NCBI RefSeq assembly: GCF_001194135.2
Contig: NC_068998.1
Location: 42,280,632-42,313,581, forward strand
Direction: 5' to 3'
DNA from: Octopus bimaculoides
Lineage: Eukaryota
Length of the DNA: 32,950 bases
Every line of letters begins with the position of its first letter. Position 1 is the stretch's first letter. Below are positions 1-9,111 of this stretch, piece after piece. The position numbers were made by a program, and so were the translations under genes. The notes beneath the pieces were generated by a model that was not told the DNA's origin, searched no databases, and worked only from the letters and a program-made list of their open reading frames with translations.

Positions 1-41
<41 letters not shown>

Positions 42-44
<3 letters not shown>

Positions 45-353
45 GGCATGTGGCTTCGTGGTTAGGGTATTCAGTTCACGATCATAAGGTCTTGGGTTCA
101 ATTCCCAGTGGCATGTTGTGTCCTTGAGCTAGACACTTTACTTCACATTGCTCCAGTCCACTCAGTGGCAGAAATGAAGTGTACCTGTAATTCAAAAGAG
201 CCTGCCTTTCCACTTCTCTGTCACACTGAATCTCTCTCAGAACTACATTATGGGTATGGGTGTCTGTGGAGCGCTCAGCCACTTGCACATCAGTTTCATG
301 AGCAAATTGTTCTGTTGATCGATCTACTTGTCGTCGTAACCGACGGAGTGACA
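42..353 (+). mobile_element. tRNA-derived SINE with conserved central (CORE/Meta-like) domain; family B tail
   Basis: A-box-like TGGCTTCGTGG, B-box-like GGGTTCAATTCC, central TGTGTCCTTGAGCTAGACACTTTAC; 3' half homologous to 785-1157; related copies at 17890-18095 and 23790-24135. Confidence 0.75.
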
Positions 354-667
354 GTTTTTATTTCTTCATATATTTGTGTGTATGCGTGTATATATTTGTG
401 CGTGTGCACATGTTTGTCTTCCACCCACAAAAGCTCGTTCTGCTTAGCTTACGTTCTCTGTAACTTTGCACATCAGAAAAAGAATTAATAATAGAATAAG
501 CATGAGACTTAAATTGAAGTGATTAGATTGTTCCACTAAAGCTTTCAAGGCATTGGCCTGACATGGTCCTGTCCAATGACTCAAAGCTCTAAAACGATTA
601 AAAGAATGTCTTCTTACAATTATGGATCTGATTCCAGTTCTATCTTTCTTTCTTTCTTTTTTTTTAG

Positions 668-745
668 AGTTCAGTATACCAGAAAACTTATGCCAAGAAG
701 GATATCAACACAAAAAAGCGAGATGAATTCTGGGCAAAAACTGAG
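668..745 (+). CDS. DBNL: Drebrin-like (Abp1) coding exon 1 in window: SSVYQKTYAKKDINTKKRDEFWAKTE
   Basis: Polypyrimidine tract + TAG (665-667), donor GTCAGT at 746; 78 nt, phase 0-0; SVYQKT...FWAK.E motif matches the post-ADF-H region of DBNL/Abp1. Upstream exons lie outside the window. Confidence 0.9.
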
Positions 746-784
746 GTCAGTATATCTCTTTGATCCAAGCTACACTTGGATGGT

Positions 785-1157
785 GGAGGTGCAATGGCCC
801 AGTGGTTAGGGCAGCAGACTCGCGGTCATAGGATCGCGATTTCGATTCCCAGACCGGGCATTGTGAGTGTTTATTGAGTGAAAACACCTAAAAGCTCCAC
901 GAGGCTCCGGCAGGGGATGGTGGCGAACCCTGCTTTACTCTTTCACCACAACTTTCTCTCACTCTTACTTCCTGTTTCTGTTGTGCCTGTAATTCAAAGG
1001 GTCAGCCTTGTCACGCTGAATATCTCCGAGAACTACGTTAAGGGTACACGTGTCTGTGGAGTGCTCAGCCACTTGCACGTTAATTTCACGAGCAGGCTGT
1101 TCTGTTGATTGGAGCAACTGGAAACCTCGACGTCGTAAGCGACGGAGTGCCAACAAC
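785..1157 (+). mobile_element. tRNA(Arg-like)-headed SINE, family B
   Basis: A box TGGCCCAGTGG, B-box-like TTTCGATTCC, TCG in anticodon-like loop; tail ending CGTCGTAAGCGACGGAGTG shared with 42-353. Confidence 0.75.
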
Positions 1158-1356
1158 ACTTGGATGATGGATGCAATACAGCAAGCTTAGAGAGTCTGTT
1201 CGTTTATATCTTTTTTGTCACTACTACTATGTCATCTCTAACGTGTGTATGTGTGCATAAGTGTGTGTATGTATATATATACACACAAGTCAGCAGACAA
1301 ATGAAATTGGCACTCAACCCTTTTAGTAAGGATTACATAAATTATTTACTAACGTT

Positions 1357-1558
1357 ATTTACATTATTTACATTTGACGGATATTTGTCCTCGTCTTGTT
1401 TGCTGTTAACACAACGTTTCAGCTGATATACCCTCCAGCCTTCATCAGGTATCTTGGGGAAATTTCGAACCTGGGTTCTCATTCCTGAGGTATTTTCGAT
1501 ATCCTCCTCCTCCTTCTCACTGCCTCGAATCAAACTCGGAATCCAGGCTGTGACCTGA

Positions 1559-1600
<42 letters not shown>

Positions 1601-1735
1601 TCGAAAAATACCTTCAGAATGAGAACCCAGGTTCGAAATTTCCCCAAGACTCCTAATGAAAGCTGGAGAGTATATCAGCCAAAACATTGTGTTAACGAAT
1701 AAGAAGAGGACAAATATCCGTCAAATGTAAAATGT
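1357..1735. mobile_element. Fold-back element: two inverted ~140-bp arms around a tRNA-head fragment and (AAT)n; Penelope-like
   Basis: 1357-1500 is the imperfect reverse complement of 1600-1735; homologous to 20874-21140. Confidence 0.8.
1408..1453 (-). ncRNA. Minimal type I hammerhead ribozyme-like motif
   Basis: Minus strand reads GAUAC-CUGAUGA-A-GGCUG-GAGGGUAUAU-CAGCU-GAAAC-GUU-GUGUU: conserved core boxes, stem II and a 5-bp stem I (two G-U). Activity untested. Confidence 0.6.
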
Positions 1736-1772
1736 ATACTATAAACACCATTGACTTGTATGCTGGAAAATA

Positions 1773-2333
1773 TACCGTATTTTAATGTGTATAAGGAACC
1801 CTTTTTTGTCAAAAATTAGGTTAAAAAGTATGGGAGTTTTTTTATACATGAATAGTATTATATTGTTTGACGTCCGCTTTCCATGCTAGCATGGGTTGGA
1901 CGATTTGACCGAGTACTGGTGAACCAGATGGCTGCACCAGGCTCCGATCTGATCTGGCAGAGTTTCTACAGCTGGATGCCCTTCCTAATGCCAATCACTC
2001 CAAGNNNNNNNNNNTCCGATCTGATCTGGCAGAGTTTCTACAGCTGGATGCCCTTCCTAATGCCAATCACTCCAAGAGTGTAGTGGGTGATTTTACGTGC
2101 CACCGGCACGAGGGCCAGTCTGGCGGTACTGGCAACGGCCATGCTCAAGTGATGTTTTCTACGTGCCACCTGCACAGGAGCCAGTTCAGCGGCACTGGCA
2201 ATGACCTCGCTTGAATGTCTTTTCACGTGCCACCAGCACAAGTGCCAGTAAGGCTATTCCCTTACAAAACCTTTTTTTCCAAATTTTAATCCCCCAAAAT
2301 TAGGGGGTTCCTTATACATGTTAAAATACGGTA
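1773..2333. mobile_element. TA-ended TIR MITE (Tc1/pogo-type) interrupted by a SINE-like insertion
   Basis: TACCGTATTTTAATGTGTATAAGGAACCC at 1773 vs GGGTTCCTTATACATGTTAAAATACGGTA ending 2333 (~29-bp TIR, 2 mismatches). Confidence 0.75.
1864..2252 (-). mobile_element. Family D short retroelement ((GAT)n-tailed; GGAAGGGCATCCAGCTGTAGAAAC core)
   Basis: Homologous to 7984-8263, 6455-6575, 11213-11280 and 18481-18790; contains a 62-bp duplication across a 10-N gap. Confidence 0.8.
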
Positions 2334-2336
2334 GTA

Positions 2337-2557
2337 TACAAAGGCATGCTGAAAAATTCCAAATTTTGGGTAAAAGAAAATACAGGAGGATCAGTTAATT
2401 ACGATTTTATTCAACAGATTCCCCTCTCAGATTCACACACTTATCGCAGCAGTCCTTCAGTTTTTCTAAGCCCTGTAAAAGAACTCGGAGGGTTGGGCCT
2501 CCAATCAGGTCTATTGCAATACCTTTAAAGCAAGGAACTTTGCAGCACCCTCTTGTA
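2337..2557. mobile_element. Mariner-type MITE (~220 bp)
   Basis: TACAAAGGCATGCTGAAAAATTCC ... GGAACTTTGCAGCACCCTCTTGTA imperfect TIR with TA ends; second copy at 23385-23598. Confidence 0.7.
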
Positions 2558-2643
2558 TATCCATACTTACACATATAAATGTATGTATGTACATACACAC
2601 ACACACACATATATAACTTCCCTCTTTCTCTCCCTACTTTCAG

Positions 2644-2730
2644 GAAGAAGAAAAGAAACGTCAACAAGAGGATCGAGACAGGTTAGTGAAGGAGAAAGAC
2701 AAACTTGAACAAGATCGGAAGAAACGAGAG
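2644..2730 (+). CDS. DBNL: DBNL exon 2: EEEKKRQQEDRDRLVKEKDKLEQDRKKRE (coiled coil)
   Basis: Pyrimidine tract + CAG (2641-2643), GT at 2731; 87 nt, phase 0-0; charged helical sequence continuous with exon 1. Confidence 0.9.
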
Positions 2731-2773
2731 GTTTGTGTGTTTGGATGTTTTACACCAATAAGATAGTTGTCTT

Positions 2774-3011
2774 ATAAGTCGGCGAGCTGGCAGAAACATT
2801 AGCACACCGGGCGAAATGCTTAGCGGTATTTCGTCTGCTGTTACGTTCTGAGTTCAAATTCTGCCGAGGTCGACTTTGCCTTTCATCCTTTTGGGGGTCG
2901 ATAAATTAAGTACCAGTTACGCACTGAGATCGATGTAATTGACTTAATCCCTTTGTCTGTCCTTGTTTGTCCCCTCTATGTTTAGCCCCTTGTGGGCAAT
3001 AAAGAAATAAG
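2774..3011 (+). mobile_element. Family A SINE, long-tail variant, with target-site duplication
   Basis: GGCGAGCTGGCAGAAAC...GAGTTCAAATTC...GTACCAGTT...GGGCAATAAAGAAATAAG; AATAAGATAGTTGTCTT repeated at 2757-2773 and 3006-3022. Confidence 0.85.
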
Positions 3012-3384
3012 ATAGTTGTCTTTGGATCCTGTGTTCAAATCGAGCTGGTGATGGCTTTGACCTTTGTCCTTCCAAAGGTTGAGGTAAATGGAAAAAGTAC
3101 AGTTCCACTCATTGCTACCATTATGACTATATTGTTGTTAAAGCAGTGGATTGGTACAATCATTAGACCATTGGATATAATGCTTTTCAACACTTCTTCT
3201 GATGCTTTAGATTCTGAGTTCAAATCTTGCCAAGGCCGATTTACCCTTTCATCATTTCGGAGTCAATAAAATATAGCACCAATTGAGTGCTGGGGGTCAA
3301 TGTGACTAACTTAGCTATTCATCTGGAATTGCTGGCCTTGTTCCAAAATTTGAAGCCATAATTATTATTATTATTATTATTATT

Positions 3385-3788
3385 GAGTGAGAGAGCATTG
3401 CATGCCATCAAAGTGACACTGGGGTAAAATATACAAAGCCCGTTATACCCACCATGACTACCCGTCTGACAAGGGATACACCAGGCACATGCATCACAAC
3501 CATATGTGTGTGACATGGTGATCTCATATGAAGATAAACAGTGCATGACCTCGCAGGTGGGGCCCCAGTTAGAATTTTCTTCAGGTTGAATAGCCCATTC
3601 CGCTCAAAAGGTCCCTGAATAAGTGTTGTTTAAGGATGTTGAGCAAAACACCCATGTTTCCAAAGGTGAATTATCCAGACCCTGAAGAATTCCTCTCAAC
3701 ACATGGTTATGATGCTCCCCCACTACTTCTGCTCATGATCAGAGATGCACATATCGTCAGCCACCAAGGGACATGCTCAACTGGTTAA

Positions 3789-3790
<2 letters not shown>
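3385..3790. mobile_element. Non-coding repeat-like segment bounded by (ATT)n tracts; possible LINE 3' UTR fragment
   Basis: Mixed-composition 400-bp block between (ATT)n at 3359-3384 and 3790-3822; no convincing ORF; no second copy in the window. Confidence 0.4.
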
Positions 3791-3822
<32 letters not shown>

Positions 3823-4208
3823 NNNNNNNNNNNNNNNNNNNNNNNNNNNNNNNNNNNNNNNNNNNNNNNNNNNNNNNNNNNNNNNNNNNNNNNNNNNNNN
3901 NNNNNNNNNNNNNNNNNNNNNNNNNNNNNNNNNNNNNNNNNNNNNNNNNNNNNNNNNNNNNNNNNNNNNNNNNNNNNNNNNNNNNNNNNNNNNNNNNNNN
4001 NNNNNNNNNNNNNNATGAAAAACAAGCAAAACCTAATATTAATGTAATATAATAATTCAAAGGAATGAGTCCTTTGGTGGGGAAGGGGGGGGGTCAATGA
4101 AATAAATACCAGTTGAGTACTGGGGGTGGAATTAATCGACTACCCGAAATTTCAGGCCTTGTGCCTATAATAGAAAGAATTATTATATTGATTTGTTGTC
4201 ATTTTCAG

Positions 4209-4331
4209 GAACAAGAAACAGCAGAGCGTGAGAAGAAGATCCGAGAGAAGATGAAAGTAATCAATCAACAAAAGGTTTATGAATCGAAGACCAAGACTAC
4301 AGCAAATAAACAGGAAGAGAAGGAGAATTGG
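4209..4331 (+). CDS. DBNL: DBNL exon 3: EQETAEREKKIREKMKVINQQKVYESKTKTTANKQEEKENW (alternative in-frame end at 4274)
   Basis: TTTTCAG acceptor (4208); open frame (ORF 4113..4400); two in-frame GT donors (4275, 4332). 3' boundary uncertain. Confidence 0.8.
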
Positions 4332-4425
4332 GTCTGTACTGTTATCCCTCCTCTTCCTTCACCCCTCTTTTCATACAACTCTGTCTCTTTCATGTGGTAG
4401 TTCTATTCTTTACATGTCTTCCTTC

Positions 4426-4481
<56 letters not shown>

Positions 4482-5006
4482 AGACAGTTCTTTCTTTTAC
4501 TTTTTTAAGTTGTCACAACTAAAATGCATCTCACAAAGCTGTACTAGGAATTTCTGTTTCCCATTTGCTTTGATAGGCAAATAAGTTCTCAGTTTTATGT
4601 TGTGTATCATTGCCAATAACATCACTTAGTTATAACGTCTGATACGGCTTGTTAATCAGCACAGCAACACTACCTAGCAAAGCCCAACCTGTATTGAGAA
4701 ACAAAAAGGGATGGTCGCAGCTAGATTGTCTTTGACTTTAGTAGGCCTGCTGGGATAAAACTGACCTGGGACTAAACATTACCATCATCATCATCATCAT
4801 CATCATCATCCATAACAGCAATACAGCCGTCCCAAGACAAACAACCCTGGGCTTAAGCAATATATGTCTCCTTCACTCCCTGAATTACTAAGTCATTAAG
4901 ATAATGTGTTTTGGGGAATGGAATGAAAGACAAGACATCATCCTGAAATAACTGCTTTTTGTATCTTTTAATGTAATCCTCCCTATTGTATATTTTTTGT
5001 TTCAAG

Positions 5007-5087
5007 GCTAAAGTGCAGGCGGAGTGTAAGAAAGATGAAGAAGAGAGAAGAATGCGCAGTGAATCCCTACGTAAGGAAAGAGTCGCT
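5007..5087 (+). CDS. DBNL: DBNL exon 4: AKVQAECKKDEEERRMRSESLRKERVA
   Basis: T-tract + AAG acceptor (5006), GTAAGT donor at 5088; 81 nt, phase 0-0. Confidence 0.9.
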
Positions 5088-5279
5088 GTAAGTCTACTTT
5101 TATTATTATTATTATTATTGTAAGATACAGAAATAAATTTATTTCTGTATCTTACAATACATCTCAACACTTCTAAAAGCAAACTTTATTTGTTTACTTT
5201 CATCGTAAAGTTGAATTTAACGTTAGCGTCTTATGAAGCTACATTTATAAGTTCTAAAATTGCAGAAGAATTCGTTGCT

Positions 5280-5353
5280 GGGCAGTTTAGTTTAATGGTA
5301 AAACACTTGAAGCGTAATCACAGAGATGTGAGTTCGAGTCTCATGGCTGGCCG
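5280..5353 (+). pseudogene. tRNA-like sequence (degenerate tRNA gene or SINE head; anticodon-position CGT)
   Basis: A box TAGTTTAATGG, D-stem GTTT/AAAC, T-arm GTGAG-TTCGAGT-CTCAT, acceptor GGGCAGTT/GGCTGGCC, T5 at 5362-5366; anticodon stem only 3/5 paired. Confidence 0.6.
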
Positions 5354-5527
5354 GTAACGTATTTTTCTGCATTATATGGATAATTTATCCTGATCACGCT
5401 ATTTATAGCATTATCACATGTTTGAGAAATAAATTTATTTCTGTATCTTACAACGCTTCTAAAAGCAAACTTTGTTTACTTTCATCGTAAAGTTGAATTT
5501 ATTATTATTGTTGTTGTTGTTGTCAAA

Positions 5528-5713
5528 GGCGGTGAGCTGGCAGAATCGTTAGCACGCTGGACGAAATGCTTAACGGTATTTCACCCGTCGCTATGTTCTG
5601 AGTTCAAATTCCGTCGAGTTCGACTTTGCCTTTCATCCTTTCGGGGTCGTGGCTAGTACCCTCCTGCAAAAATTTGTACCTTGTGCCTATAGTAGAAAAG
5701 ATTGTTGCTGTTG

Positions 5714-5757
<44 letters not shown>

Positions 5758-6180
5758 TAAGGTGGTGTAAGGCTGGCAGAATCATTAGCATGCTGGGCAA
5801 AATGCTTAGCGGCTGTTCATCTGTCTTTATGTTCAAATTCTGCTGGGGTCAGCTTTGCCTTTCATCCTTTTGGGGCTCAATAAAATAAGTTACAGTCAAG
5901 CACTGGGGTCAATGTAATCGACTAATCCCCTCCCCAGAATTTTACTTTCTGGAGGAGTAACCTCAATCCTATAATTATTATCATCATTGTTATTATTATT
6001 ATTATTATTATTATTAAGGGAGGGAGTTGGCAAAATTGTGAGCACATTGGGTGAAATGCATAGCAGCATTTTGTCCCTTTTCACATTCTGAGTTTAAATT
6101 CTGCTGAGATCAACTTCACCTTTCATCATTTTGGGGGTTGATAAATTAAGTACCAGTGAAACACTAGGGTCGATGTAAAG
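5528..6180 (+). mobile_element. Three tandem family A SINE copies (about 5528-5705, 5761-5960, 6020-6180) separated by (ATT)n
   Basis: Repeated GGCGGTGAGCTGGCAGAATC...GTTCAAATTC...TTTGCCTTTCATCCTTT body. Confidence 0.8.
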
Positions 6181-6275
6181 GATTATAATGAATGTGATGG
6201 TGGTGATGACGATGATGAGGATGATTATATTGGATTGATTGATCGTTTTTTTTTGTTTTTTTTTTATTGTTTCAG

Positions 6276-6379
6276 GAGGCACAGAATGTGGTGTCTAACA
6301 AGACCCAGAGTAAACGGGCTTTATTTGAGCAGAGATCCCGAGAAGTGGAATATGACCCAGCACCAGGTCCTCCACGTAG
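6276..6379 (+). CDS. DBNL: DBNL exon 5: EAQNVVSNKTQSKRALFEQRSREVEYDPAPGPPR(R)
   Basis: Long T-tract + CAG (6275), GTAAGT donor at 6380; 104 nt, phase 0-2; RALFEQ resembles the Abp1 'R.lF.Q' motif. Confidence 0.9.
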
Positions 6380-6569
6380 GTAAGTAAAAAAGCCAAAAGC
6401 ATAAAACCCCTAGCTGGCAACTGGAGGAAGGGACTGTCCCCTCAATCAATACACTGCTGTGGGCGCCACTGGAGCCTGGTGTAGCCACCTGGTTCACCAG
6501 TCCTCAGTCAAATCGTCCAACCCATGCTAGCATGGAAAGTGGACGTTTAAACGATGATGACGATGATGA

Positions 6570-6990
6570 TGTTATTCCATGCCTTCCAATCCAAGGCATT
6601 GGCCTTCGCATGCTGGACATCGAGGTGCTGTAACTTCAGGTCTTTATCCATGTCTTTGTTGGTGTACTGTGCTAGATTCTCCAGTGCTTGGATCACTGCT
6701 GCTACAAGAGATAGTGTAGTAGTCTTCTGGTGTTCATTCTGTTGATGTGACCAGACCACTGCAGCCTATACTACTGGACTTGGTCTTCAATGGTTAGGTG
6801 CTGCTGACATTGTTCTCAGATGTTGTTGAGATTTGGTTGCATAGACACCAAAGATTTGCTGAAGACACCACATCTGGACCACCTTGAGCTTGTTCAGGTT
6901 TTGTCCCTCCACATGGGTAAGACACCATGACCACCTCTACCTTCATAATTTCCGGATTGTATGCTTCGTTGCATTTTATTCTTGGACTGC
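6570..6990 (-). mobile_element. RTE-clade LINE 3' fragment (degraded RT C-terminus)
   Basis: Manual translation across frames: NKLKVVQMWCLQQIFG, TIEDQVQ*YRLQWSGHINRM, PTKTWIKT, ALDWKAW, ending in (ATC)n; stops and frameshifts present. Confidence 0.7.
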
Positions 6991-7010
6991 ATTATCTAAC
7001 ATACTCTCTC

Positions 7011-7388
7011 TTTACTCTTTTACTTGTTTCAGTCATTTGACTGTGGCCAAGCTGGAGCATGGCCTTAAAGGGTTTTAGTCGAAGAAATTAACCCCAGGAC
7101 TTATTCTTTGTAAGCCTAGTGCTTATTCAATTGGTCTTTTTTGCCGAACTACTAAGTTACAGGGACATAAACACACCAACATCAGTTGTCAAGTGTTAAT
7201 GGTGGGGGAAAAACACACACACACACACACACACACGATCGGCTTCTTTCAGTTATCATCTACTAAATCCATTCACACGGCTTTGATCAACCCAAGGTTA
7301 TAGTAGAAGACACTTGCCCATGGTGTCACGCAATGGGACTGAACCTAGAACCATGTGGTTGGGAAGCAAGCATCTTACCACACAGCCT
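7011..7388 (-). mobile_element. Family C tRNA-headed SINE with internal (TG)n
   Basis: Minus strand GGCTGTGTGGTAAG...GGTTCAGTCCC...CATGGGCAAGTGTCTTCT...CCAGCTTGGCCACAGTCAAATGACTGAAAC; near-identical organisation at 24775-25153. Confidence 0.85.
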
Positions 7389-7437
7389 ATGTTTATTGAA
7401 TGTCATTATTTCCATTATTTATTTTTTTGTTTTCAAG

Positions 7438-7817
7438 GCAATCACTGGATCATTATGTCGACGGCTATAATGAACCGACGAGTCCTGAGCCCATCTCCCC
7501 AACAGGCCCTCCGCCTCAGGTGCCTCCCAGCCTACAGTCATCGCGCCATGACGGCTACGAAGTGCCAGTCAGCCGACGACATCTACAGCAAGAGCAGCAG
7601 CAGCATCATACTCCCTCGGTTCCTCTCCCGCAACCAGTGGCCCCTGCGGTTCAGATGAGAGCTATCTCACCCCAACCGGAACCCGCTGACACCGCCATCA
7701 ATCTATTACGGGACAGCCTGCCCAGACGGCAGACTGATGACGACGACGACGATGACGATGATGATGAGGACGAGGATGACGATATGGAGTATGACGCTAT
7801 GACCATTAAGAGAAAAG
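7438..7817 (+). CDS. DBNL: DBNL exon 6: proline-rich and acidic linker (QSLDHYVDGYNEP...DDDDEDEDDDMEYDAMTIKRK)
   Basis: T-tract + AAG (7437), GTATGG donor at 7818; 380 nt, phase 2-1; in frame with ORF 7400..7843; GC-rich coding-like composition. Confidence 0.9.
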
Positions 7818-7983
7818 GTATGGATGGCTATGATTGCTGGTGATTGCTTCTTAAACTCCTCTCTCACGTGATTTTTTTCTCATGGTTTAACCTTTCAGTA
7901 TTCAAATTATTCTGTCAAATGTAATCTTTGTTTACTCACATTGTTTTGAATTAATCAGGCATTATCTCTTAGCTTTGGGATTT

Positions 7984-8263
7984 CTATGCCGAACTGGCTC
8001 CTGTGCAGGTGGCACGTAAAATACACCATTTTGAGCATGGCCGTTGCCAGTACCGCCTGACTGGCCTTCGTGCCGGTGGCACATAAAAGCACCTACTACA
8101 CTCTCGGAGTGGTTGGCGTTAGGAAGGGCATCCAGATGTAGAAACTCTGCCAAATCAGATCGGAGCCTGGTGTAGCCATCTGGTTTCACCAGTCCTCAGT
8201 CAAATCGTCCAACCCATGCTAGCATGGAAAGCGGACGTTAAACGATGATGATGATGATGATGA
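7984..8263 (+). mobile_element. Family D short retroelement ending in (GAT)n
   Basis: Reverse-complement homologue of 1864-2252; ends CATGGAAAGCGGACGTTAAAC(GAT)n. Confidence 0.8.
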
Positions 8264-9111
8264 TGTACCTGTTGCCAAAGTAGATCATATTTCCTCATGG
8301 CAAGACATGCATTTGCCAAACGAAACAAACAGTACAGCTTGTATGAGAGTGACGCTTATTTACAACTATCTATCATGCTAGAAGAATATTCATGGAAAAT
8401 ATTTGCAACAGTGCAATACCAAGAAGAGGATAAACAGTTGTGTCATTCTTATCCCTCAGGAAGTGTTGTTGGGATGTAGATGTTGTTGTTGTTAATGTTT
8501 TTGGTGAGAGGTTTCTTCCTGTTTTGGGAAAAACCACTGGAACAGCAATGCATTATGTTTCACAATCCATTCACACACACACACACACACACACGCACAC
8601 ACACACACACAGTATATTGCCTTGGTGCTTCTATTGTTCCTTCTCGTATATCTTCAGTTGATCCACTCTCTCTTCTCCCATTCTCACTTGATAACTACTT
8701 TCTTCAGTACCAAAGTATAAATGTATACACCACCTTGCTCTTTCCCTCTCTCTTCCCTCTTCTTTCTTTCTCTCTTTCGAAACATCTTCACCATCAATGT
8801 ATTAGTAATGCACGTGCACACTCACACTTGTGCCTATGTATGCCTGTATGCGTCTGTATGTGCATAAAAGTAATTGAGCAAGCTTCATATGTCACAATAC
8901 CAAGCACTCAATATAATGAATATAGATCTAATTTCGCAACCATAGAAACCAACCAAAACTGTGACATATGCATATATACACAACCCTTTATTGTTTTTCT
9001 CTCTTCATTCTTGTTCCACTCTCCCAGTTTTTTTTTTTCTCTTTCAGTTTCACTATCCACCATCACAATGTATTAAATATCTGTGTCTTTCTCCCTTTCT
9101 AACAATATCAG

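Noticed and set aside
1943-2076. Exact 62-bp tandem duplication
   Set aside because: The copies flank a 10-N gap; typical unmerged contig overlap. The same applies at about 27227-27330.
8480-9076. 198-aa ORF
   Set aside because: Intronic, built from (CA)n and CT-rich low-complexity sequence; no domain-like content.
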